Shown here piece by piece: positions 33,065-41,732 of a stretch of DNA of 64,000 bases. Position 1 is the stretch's first letter. Every line of letters begins with the position of its first letter. The stretch is taken from positions 352,001 to 416,000 of the forward strand of contig CAXXXF010000016.1 in assembly GCA_963667175.2 (NCBI GenBank), written 5' to 3'. Origin of the DNA: Candidatus Latescibacterota bacterium (GTDB lineage Bacteria > Latescibacterota > UBA2968 > GCA-2709665). A program made the position numbers and the translations under genes. Under the pieces are notes generated by a model, which was not told the origin of the DNA, ran no database searches, and worked only from the letters and a program-made list of their open reading frames with translations.

Positions 33065-34873
33065 ATGGCTCGAATCCCTGAAGATACCGTCGAACAGGTC
33101 CGCGACTCGGTGGATATCGTCGACGTCATTTCCGAATCTGTCGCGCTCACCAGACGCGGCAAGAGCTATCTGGGCCTGTGTCCCTTTCACGACGACCGGA
33201 CGCCGTCCCTGAATGTTTCCCAGGAGAAGCAGATCTACAAGTGTTTCTCCTGCGGCGCGGGCGGAAACGCGTTCAGATTCCTGATGGACCTCGAACGCAT
33301 CAGTTTTGTGGAATCCGTGCGCAAGCTCGCGGACCGGGTCGGCATCGTCCTGCCGGAATTCGAGTCCCGGAGTCCGGCGGAAAAGGACCACAACGACGAG
33401 CTCTACCGGACGGTCGAATTCGCGAAGAAATACTTCCGCCATATGCTGATGCGCCATGCGTCCGGCCAAGGCGCGCGCGATTACCTCCTCGGCCGGGGCG
33501 TTACGGAATCGATGATGGACGCCTACGCTCTTGGCTACGCCGCGAAAGCCTGGGACGGTCTGCTCAGCGTGGCCGGCAGGCGAGGATTCAGCGCGCAGAT
33601 GCTTGAACGGGCGGGCCTGGTTGTGCCCCGAGAGAACGGAGGTCATTACGACCGTTTCCGCGACCGGGTCATCTTTCCCATCGAGTCACACACGGGCCGG
33701 ACCGTGGCTTTCGGCGCCCGCGCCCTCGATCCGGAACAACAGCCCAAATACCTGAACTCTCCCGAGACCGCCATCTACAACAAGAGCGCCACGCTCTACG
33801 GCCTCTGGAAGAACCGCGAACCCATCCGTTCAACCCGGTCGGCGGTGATCGTCGAAGGGTATATGGACCTCGTTGCCCTGGCGCAATTCGATTTCCACAA
33901 CGCCGTCGCCTCATCGGGGACCGCGCTTACGCCTGAACATGCCCGAATGCTCAAACGGTACGCCGACGTGGCCGTGCTTGTCTTCGACGGCGATGCCGCG
34001 GGTACCGCCGCCACCGTGCGCGGCATCGGCGCGATGATGGCGTCCGAACTGGAAATCCGTGTGGTCACGTTGGAAGGCGGCCACGACCCGGACAGCCTCA
34101 TCCGGCAGCGGGGCTCGGACGGCTTTAGCGAACTGATCGAAAACGCCGCACCCGTCATGGAATTTCTATTCAGCTGGGTACGGTCGCACGAAGACCTGTC
34201 CACGTCCGACGGCAAGACCCGCGCCGTCAAGACCCTATCGGAAATCGTCTCGCACGCGAAAGACAGCGCGCGCAGGCGTTTTCTCACGCAGGAAACCGCG
34301 CAGAAGCTGGGCATTGACGAGACCATCGTGATCGACGCGGTGCAGCGGGCCGCGCGATACCGGCGGAGCGGACGGTCGAAGACCGAATCGGAGTCAGGCG
34401 CGGCATCGTTCGAGCCGGGCCCGCGCATGGAACGGGAACTGATCACGATGATGATGGCGGACGACAACACGGCCGATACCGTATTGAAGCAGGTTGACGC
34501 CGATCACTTTACCAACAGTGTATACAGGCGGATTTCGGGCATGATTGCCGCGGCCCGCAAGGAGGGCCGGACCGCGGCGGCCGCATCGCTGCTGAATCGT
34601 TGCGAGGACGCCGGTCTGGCCGGTGTCGTCTCCGCGCTGTCCATGGAGACGGGCATCCTCAACCCCGACGCAAAGATTCCGCTGCATGACTATCTCAGCA
34701 GAATGCGGCTCAAGGCGCTGGACGCCCGCATCGATGCCCTGGAGGCGAAACTACGCACGGACGGCGGCGGAACGGATCCGATGGCGCTGATGACGGAACA
34801 CAAGAATCTGACCCGGAAGCGCAAGGCGCTGTTCGCCGGCCGGCACGGTTCGCCCGAAACGGCGACGCCTTGA
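33065..34873 (+). CDS. dnaG: DNA primase
   Basis: CPFH...CFSC zinc finger, KYLNSPET, VEGYMD, FDGDAAG, DPDS. Confidence 0.96.
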   Translation: MARIPEDTVEQVRDSVDIVDVISESVALTRRGKSYLGLCPFHDDRTPSLNVSQEKQIYKCFSCGAGGNAFRFLMDLERISFVESVRKLADRVGIVLPEFESRSPAEKDHNDELYRTVEFAKKYFRHMLMRHASGQGARDYLLGRGVTESMMDAYALGYAAKAWDGLLSVAGRRGFSAQMLERAGLVVPRENGGHYDRFRDRVIFPIESHTGRTVAFGARALDPEQQPKYLNSPETAIYNKSATLYGLWKNREPIRSTRSAVIVEGYMDLVALAQFDFHNAVASSGTALTPEHARMLKRYADVAVLVFDGDAAGTAATVRGIGAMMASELEIRVVTLEGGHDPDSLIRQRGSDGFSELIENAAPVMEFLFSWVRSHEDLSTSDGKTRAVKTLSEIVSHAKDSARRRFLTQETAQKLGIDETIVIDAVQRAARYRRSGRSKTESESGAASFEPGPRMERELITMMMADDNTADTVLKQVDADHFTNSVYRRISGMIAAARKEGRTAAAASLLNRCEDAGLAGVVSALSMETGILNPDAKIPLHDYLSRMRLKALDARIDALEAKLRTDGGGTDPMALMTEHKNLTRKRKALFAGRHGSPETATP

Positions 34874-34922
34874 TCATAAAAAGCTTGTCCTTTCCGCCGT
34901 AACGCGTACATTTTACCATTGC

Positions 34923-34999
34923 GGGCCCTTAGCTCAGCTGGTTAGAGCGGCGGACTCATAATCCGTTGGTCGCAGGTTCGAGTCCTGCAGGGCCCACCA
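34923..34999 (+). tRNA. tRNA-Ile2 (anticodon CAT, lysidine-modified)
   Basis: Cloverleaf GGGCCCT...AGGGCCC-A-CCA, anticodon loop CTCATAA, T-loop TTCGAGT; paired 1:72 and no three-GC anticodon stem, so not the initiator; resembles ileX-type tRNAs. Confidence 0.9.
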
Positions 35000-35006
35000 G
35001 AACAGC

Positions 35007-35040
35007 AACAGGGAGCCGCTAACTACATCGGCTCCCTGTT
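35007..35040. terminator. Intrinsic terminator hairpin between the tRNA and the island
   Basis: Perfect 12-bp inverted repeat AACAGGGAGCCG-10 nt-CGGCTCCCTGTT. Confidence 0.7.
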
Positions 35041-35085
35041 TGATTATTGGCTCGAAGATTCCTGACTCGACGGCATTTTCCCCGG

Positions 35086-35742
35086 TCAAAAGTCATCAAC
35101 GGCTGCAGAAGATGAGTCTTTGTCCACGCGATCCGGACATTCGCTCTCGGGAATCTTACAAAACGTACATTCCCCGTAACTCGGCACTCTTCTGGACGGT
35201 TCATTCGATGCCAGTTTGCGTATCAACTCCGCAAATCGCTCGACGAATTTACCGTCAATGGCCGATGAAGGGACCGGGACCTCCCTCTCTCCGTAAACAA
35301 CCCGTCCTTCGAAAACAACGTCTTTGTATTTCTCGGGAAAGGCTTTGGGAACGGCATACATGTAAAGCATGACCTGAACGTGATCAGATGACCTTGGTTG
35401 ACCCGTCTTGATATCTACGATGATGCCGCGATTTTCCTTCCTTGCGATCAAATCGGGCTTTCCCCCAACCGTCGCCGTCCTTCCCTTGAGGTGGAAGTAA
35501 TTCTGAGTCTCGGTCGACACCTCAAAGCCTCTATCTTCCAGTATTTCCTGATATTTATTTCTCGCTGCCGTATGTTCGATCTGCCAGGTGGTCGAATCGA
35601 AATCACCCGGCAAAGCCGTCCAGCTCTTCCTGTCGTGTTGGGCTTGAAACCAGCCGGCCCACTCACATGACGCTTCTCCGGTCAGCAACTTCGTCAACCA
35701 CGTCACCCAGAAATACGGTAGACCAGGTCTTCTCTCTGCCAT
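35086..35742 (-). CDS. PD-(D/E)XK nuclease, Cas4/AddB-like with four Cys
   Basis: KPDL...VDIKTG...QVMLY nuclease motifs; one N-terminal Cys plus C-terminal CxxC-x6-C. Confidence 0.7.
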   Translation of the reverse strand: MAERRPGLPYFWVTWLTKLLTGEASCEWAGWFQAQHDRKSWTALPGDFDSTTWQIEHTAARNKYQEILEDRGFEVSTETQNYFHLKGRTATVGGKPDLIARKENRGIIVDIKTGQPRSSDHVQVMLYMYAVPKAFPEKYKDVVFEGRVVYGEREVPVPSSAIDGKFVERFAELIRKLASNEPSRRVPSYGECTFCKIPESECPDRVDKDSSSAAVDDF

Positions 35743-35887
35743 CTTCCTCTCACTTTCGAGGCCAGTTATCAAACTGCACATTGCATCCGGATTATTGAGA
35801 CAATTCCCTCTTCCACCGTGTCTACGCACCGAGGTCATCCAGGAATTCGGAACCCGGCAGGCGCCAGACAGTGTGGAACTATGAGAT

Positions 35888-37591
35888 TCAATCAAGGGCT
35901 GACTCTCGCCAGATGCCTGTAGCCTGTTTCGCCATCCAAGCCTGGCGCGTCCGGGTCTTTTCCACTGACCATGAGTCGTAGTCTTCCGCCAACTTGCGGG
36001 TGATGGCGAAGTTACTCAGCTGGTAGACTGGACGTTTTTCTGCGAATCCCGCGTTTCCCAAGTTGCGGTTGTCCGTGGTCGCCAACAACGTCATGTTTCC
36101 GAGACGGTAGGTGGACGCCTCTTGCTGCTGGTCGTCAAACTCCTCCCAGCCCTCGCCGGGATTCTCCGGTAACACATGCTCGATGCTGTATCTCGCGCTC
36201 TCGTATTCGAAACTCTGTCCTGATAACTGAGCTTCCAGTCGAAACAGCATAAAGCGCACGACCTTATTGTTGCGACTACTGGTTGTTCTTAACACCTTGT
36301 CCGCAAACGCCGCCCTGAATTCGGGATCATCGGGATAGACGGGCCGAAGCTCGGAAATTGCCGCGGCGATGGTGTGTATACGGCCTACCGAAATTCCCCG
36401 GGCGATCTGGTTGTAAACAACCTCTTGCTCATTGCTCTGGCGACTGCAAATCACGTTGTATCGAAATGATAAAACCGCCACTGCGCGCAAAAAACGCCCG
36501 AAGCCGACTCGGTCTTCTTCGCCGAATTGCTCAAATGCTGCCAAGAGTAATGCCAGGGGCTGACGCACGTTAAACATCTGCAGCTGACCGAGACTGGCAC
36601 GTTCTTCTGCTGTCCAGGCGTCGTCCTCAGGGCTCCGAAGGGCTGCATACACCCGGGCGCTCCTGTCCAGGTCGCGGACCAGTTCGAACGCTTTGGACCG
36701 ATCGCAAATCGCGTTCCGAATAACTTTAAACAAGTCTGCCTTGCGCACCAGCTGGTTTCGGCTGTTCCAGAACACACGCAAAAACTCGGGAAGACTCTCA
36801 CTGCCCAGCAAACCTACGATACCCTCCCAACGTTCTTCCAGATTGGCAATCTCGGATTTATGCGGATTTCCGCGTGAGACAACCGAAAACAGGTAATTCT
36901 TGAGCAAATCAGTAGCGGACAAGCGCACGCCTCGAGCATTTAGTGTCTCGAACACCTTAAAGGCATTCAATTCGTCAGTCACGGTTATGATTGTAAAGAA
37001 CAGCTTATCCACCGCGACGTCAACGAAGCGAGCAACTGACTCACCGTCATTGCCGCATCTTCCCTTGATGCGCTCCTTGAACCAGATGAACGCGCGACGC
37101 ATAAGATGTTCCGAGGCATTCAGGCCCCTTTGCGGCAGGCGCTCCAGCGGCACCAGGTAATTCTGGTAAAATCGATCGTTATGCCGATTCAGCGTGAGCT
37201 TGGAGCGCGATATCAGACTGACAGGATCCAGGTAGCCGATGTAGTTGCTGCGCAATTGCTCAGCGCGTCGCCGTTGTGGATGGTCCGAATCGCCCGACGG
37301 CGCCAGGTCCACCAGATGCGCTACCGCCGCGAGCATCAACAAGCTCAGCGTAGTCATGCGCTGTTGTCCGTCGATAATGTCAAATGACCGGTTGTCCCCC
37401 GACTGCAGAACCAAATAGCCCATGTAATGAGCAGGCTCCGGATCGTCACCGAATAATGCAACAATGTCCTGCCACAGGTCGTCCCATTCGTCAAGACCCC
37501 ATGAGTAATCACGCTGAAATTTTGGGACACGATAACTCAGCCCATTTGCCATTAGCTGACGGAAAGTGTTGTTGGTCGTGTTAAAATTCAT
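35888..37591 (-). CDS. DUF262 + DUF1524 (HNH) protein, GmrSD-like modification-dependent nuclease
   Basis: VPKFQRDYSW, DGQQR, FETLNARG, SIEHVLP, LGNMTLL...N. Confidence 0.88.
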   Translation of the reverse strand: MNFNTTNNTFRQLMANGLSYRVPKFQRDYSWGLDEWDDLWQDIVALFGDDPEPAHYMGYLVLQSGDNRSFDIIDGQQRMTTLSLLMLAAVAHLVDLAPSGDSDHPQRRRAEQLRSNYIGYLDPVSLISRSKLTLNRHNDRFYQNYLVPLERLPQRGLNASEHLMRRAFIWFKERIKGRCGNDGESVARFVDVAVDKLFFTIITVTDELNAFKVFETLNARGVRLSATDLLKNYLFSVVSRGNPHKSEIANLEERWEGIVGLLGSESLPEFLRVFWNSRNQLVRKADLFKVIRNAICDRSKAFELVRDLDRSARVYAALRSPEDDAWTAEERASLGQLQMFNVRQPLALLLAAFEQFGEEDRVGFGRFLRAVAVLSFRYNVICSRQSNEQEVVYNQIARGISVGRIHTIAAAISELRPVYPDDPEFRAAFADKVLRTTSSRNNKVVRFMLFRLEAQLSGQSFEYESARYSIEHVLPENPGEGWEEFDDQQQEASTYRLGNMTLLATTDNRNLGNAGFAEKRPVYQLSNFAITRKLAEDYDSWSVEKTRTRQAWMAKQATGIWRESALD

Positions 37592-37727
37592 TATCGAATC
37601 ACCTCCGGGACGGGTATCGTCTGATCCCCAGGCTAACCCTTCGAAATGTCACTTCACGTTCCACTCTCATCATTACAAAATACACCATACTCGAAGCGGA
37701 TGCGGCTTTGTATGTTGACGTATACAA

Positions 37728-38012
37728 TCACACCCGAGACATTGTCAAATGTTGTGGATAGCGTGGAATCGCGGAACGCCGTCCCCCTCGGTCGCTGCGC
37801 CACCTTGAGTGCCGTCTACCTTCACGGATCATTTCGCACCCGTGCCGCCGAAGGTTTTTCAGCAGTTCAACCCGCTTCAAGTTATCACGACCTTCTCCTC
37901 GATGATAGTCCTCGCCCGCCGCCTCCAAAGCTTCACGCCGGTTATATTCCAATGCTTCGGAGAGGGTTTCCGTGAGGCTGACAGTGAATGCGTCGGCCAT
38001 TCGGAAGTTCAT
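37728..38012 (-). pseudogene. Chimeric remnant: first 13 codons of the UvrD-like helicase fused to the 3' half of hicB, followed by truncated hicA
   Basis: MNFRMADAFTVSL matches helicase MNFRIADTFTDSL; ETLSEALEYNRREALEAAGEDYH matches HicB at 62103-62312; KRVELLKNLRRHGCEMIREGRRHS is HicA-like. Confidence 0.8.
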
Positions 38013-38049
38013 CTATGTGCTCACCGAAGGTCTATATCCCTGTACAGTT

Positions 38050-38712
38050 TCAGGTTGCAAGCAGGTTTCTGGAGGATTGACGTTCGAAAGACCCCCACGA
38101 ACAATAACAGCGCAAAGATACCTTGCGGAATTTTGGTGCAACCTTGGAGACGATGAGTTTCTCACGGGCCTGCCACATAGTATCGTGCAGGTTCTTGCTG
38201 TCATATCCGCCAAAAGTTGGAATCATCTTTAAATCCAGAAATCCTCGCGAAATTTGACTGCGTCCTCTCAGCTTGTTTTCTATCCAATAACCCTCCTCGG
38301 TAGGATGCCTAGGTAATATATGTCCGTTTCTAAAGTCCGAGTTCCAGCGAAAAAAGTCACTGGATATGCACTGAAACAGGCCTTCTGATACAGCAAAGAG
38401 ATCCAGGTCAGAACTTCGACCAAATGGAGCACCGAGTTTATACGGCGCCAATGACGATCCTAGGCGTGCGCTACCGACCAAGCTAATGTCTTTGGCGACA
38501 ACGCCAAGTTTCCAACCGAGCCACGTCCGCATCGACTCATATATTGCCGGACATTCTTGAAACGCATAGGGGATACCCTCGGAGAGCCATTGACGTGCTA
38601 TAGCGACTCGGTCGCGAAACTCACTCTGGCGCGAAACCGATTTCAATCGTTCCGCGGGCGGATAGCGATCAGATATTCCTGCCAATGATGAAGAGACCTC
38701 AAACGGCTTCAT
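38050..38712 (-). CDS. Putative Pol-beta-superfamily nucleotidyltransferase
   Basis: LVGSARLG...SDLDLFAVS (GS...DxD); start overlaps the transglycosylase stop by 14 bp. Confidence 0.6.
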   Translation of the reverse strand: MKPFEVSSSLAGISDRYPPAERLKSVSRQSEFRDRVAIARQWLSEGIPYAFQECPAIYESMRTWLGWKLGVVAKDISLVGSARLGSSLAPYKLGAPFGRSSDLDLFAVSEGLFQCISSDFFRWNSDFRNGHILPRHPTEEGYWIENKLRGRSQISRGFLDLKMIPTFGGYDSKNLHDTMWQAREKLIVSKVAPKFRKVSLRCYCSWGSFERQSSRNLLAT

Positions 38713-39304
38713 TGCACACTTCGGGAGTCAAGTAGCGCTTTCCCTCTGATCGATAATATCGCGCCAAAAGGTAGGCACTTCTTTGTTCTATTATGGTTAG
38801 CCGTTCGGCAGAGGCTTGCCTCGGCTCCGGATATTTTAGACGTGCGACTAAGTGTGCTGCACTGTACAAATCTGTCGATGAGGGGTTGATTTCCAGCAGG
38901 TTGCACGCCTGACGGAGGTTGTTCATTCTCCATCCGTAGTAAGCCACCCACAGATATAGGCCCGGAAGATCTTCTCGTGGGACGTAACGAGTTACCCGGA
39001 AAGCGAGTGCTATCTCGCGAGTTTTTCTCATGATGGTCGCGTCGTATCTCTTTGTAAGGACCCTGACAAGCTGCATTGCAATGGTGGAGCCCCCTTCCCG
39101 ACGCCCGCAGACGAAGGTCCGCCAAGCCGCGCGACCAAGCGCGATCGGATCGAACCCCGGATGGAAACGAAATCGGTGGTCTTCTCCCAGAATAAGCAAT
39201 GTGCACATCTGTCGGTTTGGCTGACCGACAGGATGGCTGTAGTATTCGCTCCGAACGAGGTCGATTTCCTTCTTCAGTTTCTTCCAATCACCATTGAAAT
39301 TCAT
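38699..39304 (-). CDS. Stand-alone GT51 (PBP transglycosylase) domain protein without membrane anchor
   Basis: EDHRFRFHPG, GGSTIAMQL, RKTRE, YLWVAYYG motifs; ATG 5 bp after the stop of the mod remnant. Confidence 0.75.
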   Translation of the reverse strand: MNFNGDWKKLKKEIDLVRSEYYSHPVGQPNRQMCTLLILGEDHRFRFHPGFDPIALGRAAWRTFVCGRREGGSTIAMQLVRVLTKRYDATIMRKTREIALAFRVTRYVPREDLPGLYLWVAYYGWRMNNLRQACNLLEINPSSTDLYSAAHLVARLKYPEPRQASAERLTIIEQRSAYLLARYYRSEGKRYLTPEVCNEAV

Positions 39305-39309
39305 TCCAA

Positions 39310-39519
39310 TCACATCCTGGACACCTTCATTACCTCGTCCCCAAGGTAAATCTACAGCCTTTACGGCAATCCGTCCTGATGACGGTTTGGGGAATTGTCG
39401 TGAGGTGTCGCTGTGACACGTATCCAACGTTTACCTGTTGATCTCGGCTTCGAGGGCGGTCTTGAGAGATTTATACGGTTCGATTGCGCCGAAGAAGTAT
39501 GCCTGGAGAACGAAGAAGC
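39310..39519 (-). pseudogene. Degenerate copy of the 3' end of the DNA methyltransferase gene
   Basis: Aligns to 57581-57789 (HSDTSRQFPKPSSGRIAVK...GDEVMKV); contains frameshifts. Confidence 0.88.
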
Positions 39520-39549
39520 AGGTTGGGTGACTATTGGATGCAACCCGTT

Positions 39550-40737
39550 CTATGCTTCGGTCGAGCGCATATCAAACGTCAACCTGACGTACCCACCCTT
39601 GTCGTCCTGAAAGAGATCAGGCTCGGTTCCATTAATGTCGAACATTGATTCTCGCATCACGGGCCACCCCCTACCCCGTTTCTCCATCAATCCTTTGACG
39701 ACCATGTTGTTCGCCATAGATTCGTTCCGGGATCGGGGATGGGCGCCAGCGCGAACACGCTCAACCGTCATGTGGTTTGGAAGCGTACCGGTACTCGTAA
39801 CGTCGACATGATCATCGTAAACCTCTAACAGGACATTCGAGCCGGTGATGGCATAGTCCCTGTGCACGACCGCGTTGACCAGCGCCTCCCTCAGTGCCGC
39901 TTCCGGTAAAGGGCCTCGGTCTTCTCGAAACAGATTTCTATAGGTCTCAAATCGCCCAAGCCCTTGGAACCATCCGACGGCACGTTGAACCTGCTCGTCC
40001 AAACGACCTTTGACATCAGCCACTTGTAACGTATTAGAAGCCCGGTCGTCACCTTCGTATGCGACGCATTGTATCCGAAAGCCGTGCGTTTGTGGGTAGC
40101 GCTGCGGTTCCTTGCCGAATGCCAGCACACCGTAGAGAGTGGGGTGCAAACCGTCTCCCAATTGTGCCACCACCCCGCGATTGCGGAGATCGTCAAAATT
40201 GTCAGGCTGAGGTTCTCCGAGAATATCGAGCCCGATCGCTTGCAAATACTCGCGAAAGCACTGGATATCGATATCCTCTGGTGTCGCAGCCTGAATCGGG
40301 CGTTCCTCGGTCATAATGTAACCGAAAGCGTTGTAGAGTTCCTGTAATTCGCTGGGTGATGGCTCGACGTTGCTGCGTTCCCGTCGGACCCAAACCCGGC
40401 CATCGTAGCACATCGGTTCGAAACTTCGCTGCCGAGGAATCTCAATCCAGTGTACCCAACCTTTCGGATGCTCATGCCACCCGCGACGTGCGGTTACCGG
40501 CGAGCTGCAACCCATTTTCAGGAAAGATGTCAACCTCTCCTGAACTCTTTCCACATCCTCTTTGACCCCCACAACTCCATGAGAAGGGTCGACGCCCAGC
40601 ATAATAACGCCGCCATCGGTGTTTGCAAATGCGCATATCGCTTTGCCGATCGCAGAAAGGTCGCCAGGGCCGCGTTTGAACTCGCTGTGCCGGTCCTCGC
40701 CAAGTTCGACCCGCTCAAGGGTGTTTAGCCAAACCAT
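39550..40737 (-). CDS. Schlafen/AlbA_2 + HATPase_c_4 (RecG-C-like) protein, copy 2
   Basis: GEDRHSEFKR, ICAFANTDGG, REALVNAVVHRDY, RSRN, MEKRGRG; paralogue of 53553-54731. Confidence 0.85.
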   Translation of the reverse strand: MVWLNTLERVELGEDRHSEFKRGPGDLSAIGKAICAFANTDGGVIMLGVDPSHGVVGVKEDVERVQERLTSFLKMGCSSPVTARRGWHEHPKGWVHWIEIPRQRSFEPMCYDGRVWVRRERSNVEPSPSELQELYNAFGYIMTEERPIQAATPEDIDIQCFREYLQAIGLDILGEPQPDNFDDLRNRGVVAQLGDGLHPTLYGVLAFGKEPQRYPQTHGFRIQCVAYEGDDRASNTLQVADVKGRLDEQVQRAVGWFQGLGRFETYRNLFREDRGPLPEAALREALVNAVVHRDYAITGSNVLLEVYDDHVDVTSTGTLPNHMTVERVRAGAHPRSRNESMANNMVVKGLMEKRGRGWPVMRESMFDINGTEPDLFQDDKGGYVRLTFDMRSTEA

Positions 40738-41024
40738 CAAACTTCCAATTCCTGATAACTCTTCAATGTGCTCATATTTCGCCACCATCCTGCCTCTACT
40801 GGTCACCAGCTACTGACGACTGTAACATCCGGCTCCCCGAAGATGCCAAAGAGTTTTCCCGTGCCGTGTTTTTATTGGCTTCGGCCATATGGAGGTCTAC
40901 GTTCATACGAGTCTTTAGAACCGTGACGCGACCGAAATCTCTGTAATCCAAAGCGTGGGCATCCCAACTAGAGCGCGGGAGATCAACAGGTCGATTTCAG
41001 CGCATGTTTGTTCCTGACCTTGGC

Positions 41025-41732
41025 CTATTGATTAACTTGGGATGGGATGCCTTCCAGTAGTCTTAGCCAGTGTTGAAAATGCGGGCAAGTGGAACAAATC
41101 GTGTTGATGCCGATCTCACTCGCCACAAACGTACCCATCAATGGCTTCTGATACCCAGGTACGAGCGCTTCGATACGCTTGGAAGGTGCTGTGTCTGGCG
41201 AGTCATCAATCTCTTCCGGACCGGCAAATTGGTGTCTGATTTCCTCAAATGCCGTTGTCAGTTCAGGAAACCCTATTCCACGAGCGAACGTGTCACAATC
41301 ACTGAAGAGCATTGCTTCGAACTCGTGCATTGCAACGTAAGGGATAAAACGCCTCCGATCGAAATTTGGGCCCATTCCGATGGCGATGTCATCCAGCAGG
41401 GCATCTTCGACTGTCTTTGCTTTTTCCGACGAAGACTCCTGACCCGTAGCTTGCAGGCGACCCGGCCACGCTTTCGAACGGGTATTGGGCATTGCGTAGT
41501 AGTCCACCATTGTAGTCGCAAAGCTTCCCGGATCTTCTTTCAAGTGTCTTGAAATGTCTCTACGCACACTGTTCCACGGCCTGATTCCACCGCGCCTGTG
41601 CCGTTGGCGGGCGTTTCCAACCAGACGTGCGCTGACTCCGACAAACCCGAAATCGTACAAATGGGGCGCCAGGAGTTCATTGACGAATTGCTCTTCTGAC
41701 TGGCCTTCAACATGGACTAGCAACCGTGTCAT
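41025..41732 (-). CDS. DUF4276 family (TOPRIM-like) protein
   Basis: VHVEGQSEEQF, TTMVDYY, HEFEAMLFSD, PEEIDD...PSKRI, YQK, CPHF..W; ATGA-coupled to the ATPase. Confidence 0.8.
   Translation of the reverse strand: MTRLLVHVEGQSEEQFVNELLAPHLYDFGFVGVSARLVGNARQRHRRGGIRPWNSVRRDISRHLKEDPGSFATTMVDYYAMPNTRSKAWPGRLQATGQESSSEKAKTVEDALLDDIAIGMGPNFDRRRFIPYVAMHEFEAMLFSDCDTFARGIGFPELTTAFEEIRHQFAGPEEIDDSPDTAPSKRIEALVPGYQKPLMGTFVASEIGINTICSTCPHFQHWLRLLEGIPSQVNQ

Noticed and set aside
34923-34999. tRNA-Met (initiator or elongator)
   Set aside because: Lacks initiator hallmarks and resembles Ile2-type tRNAs; elongator Met is less likely but not formally excluded.
39305-39427. Transglycosylase N-terminal extension
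   Set aside because: It is read-through of the mod remnant; the likely start is ATG 39304.
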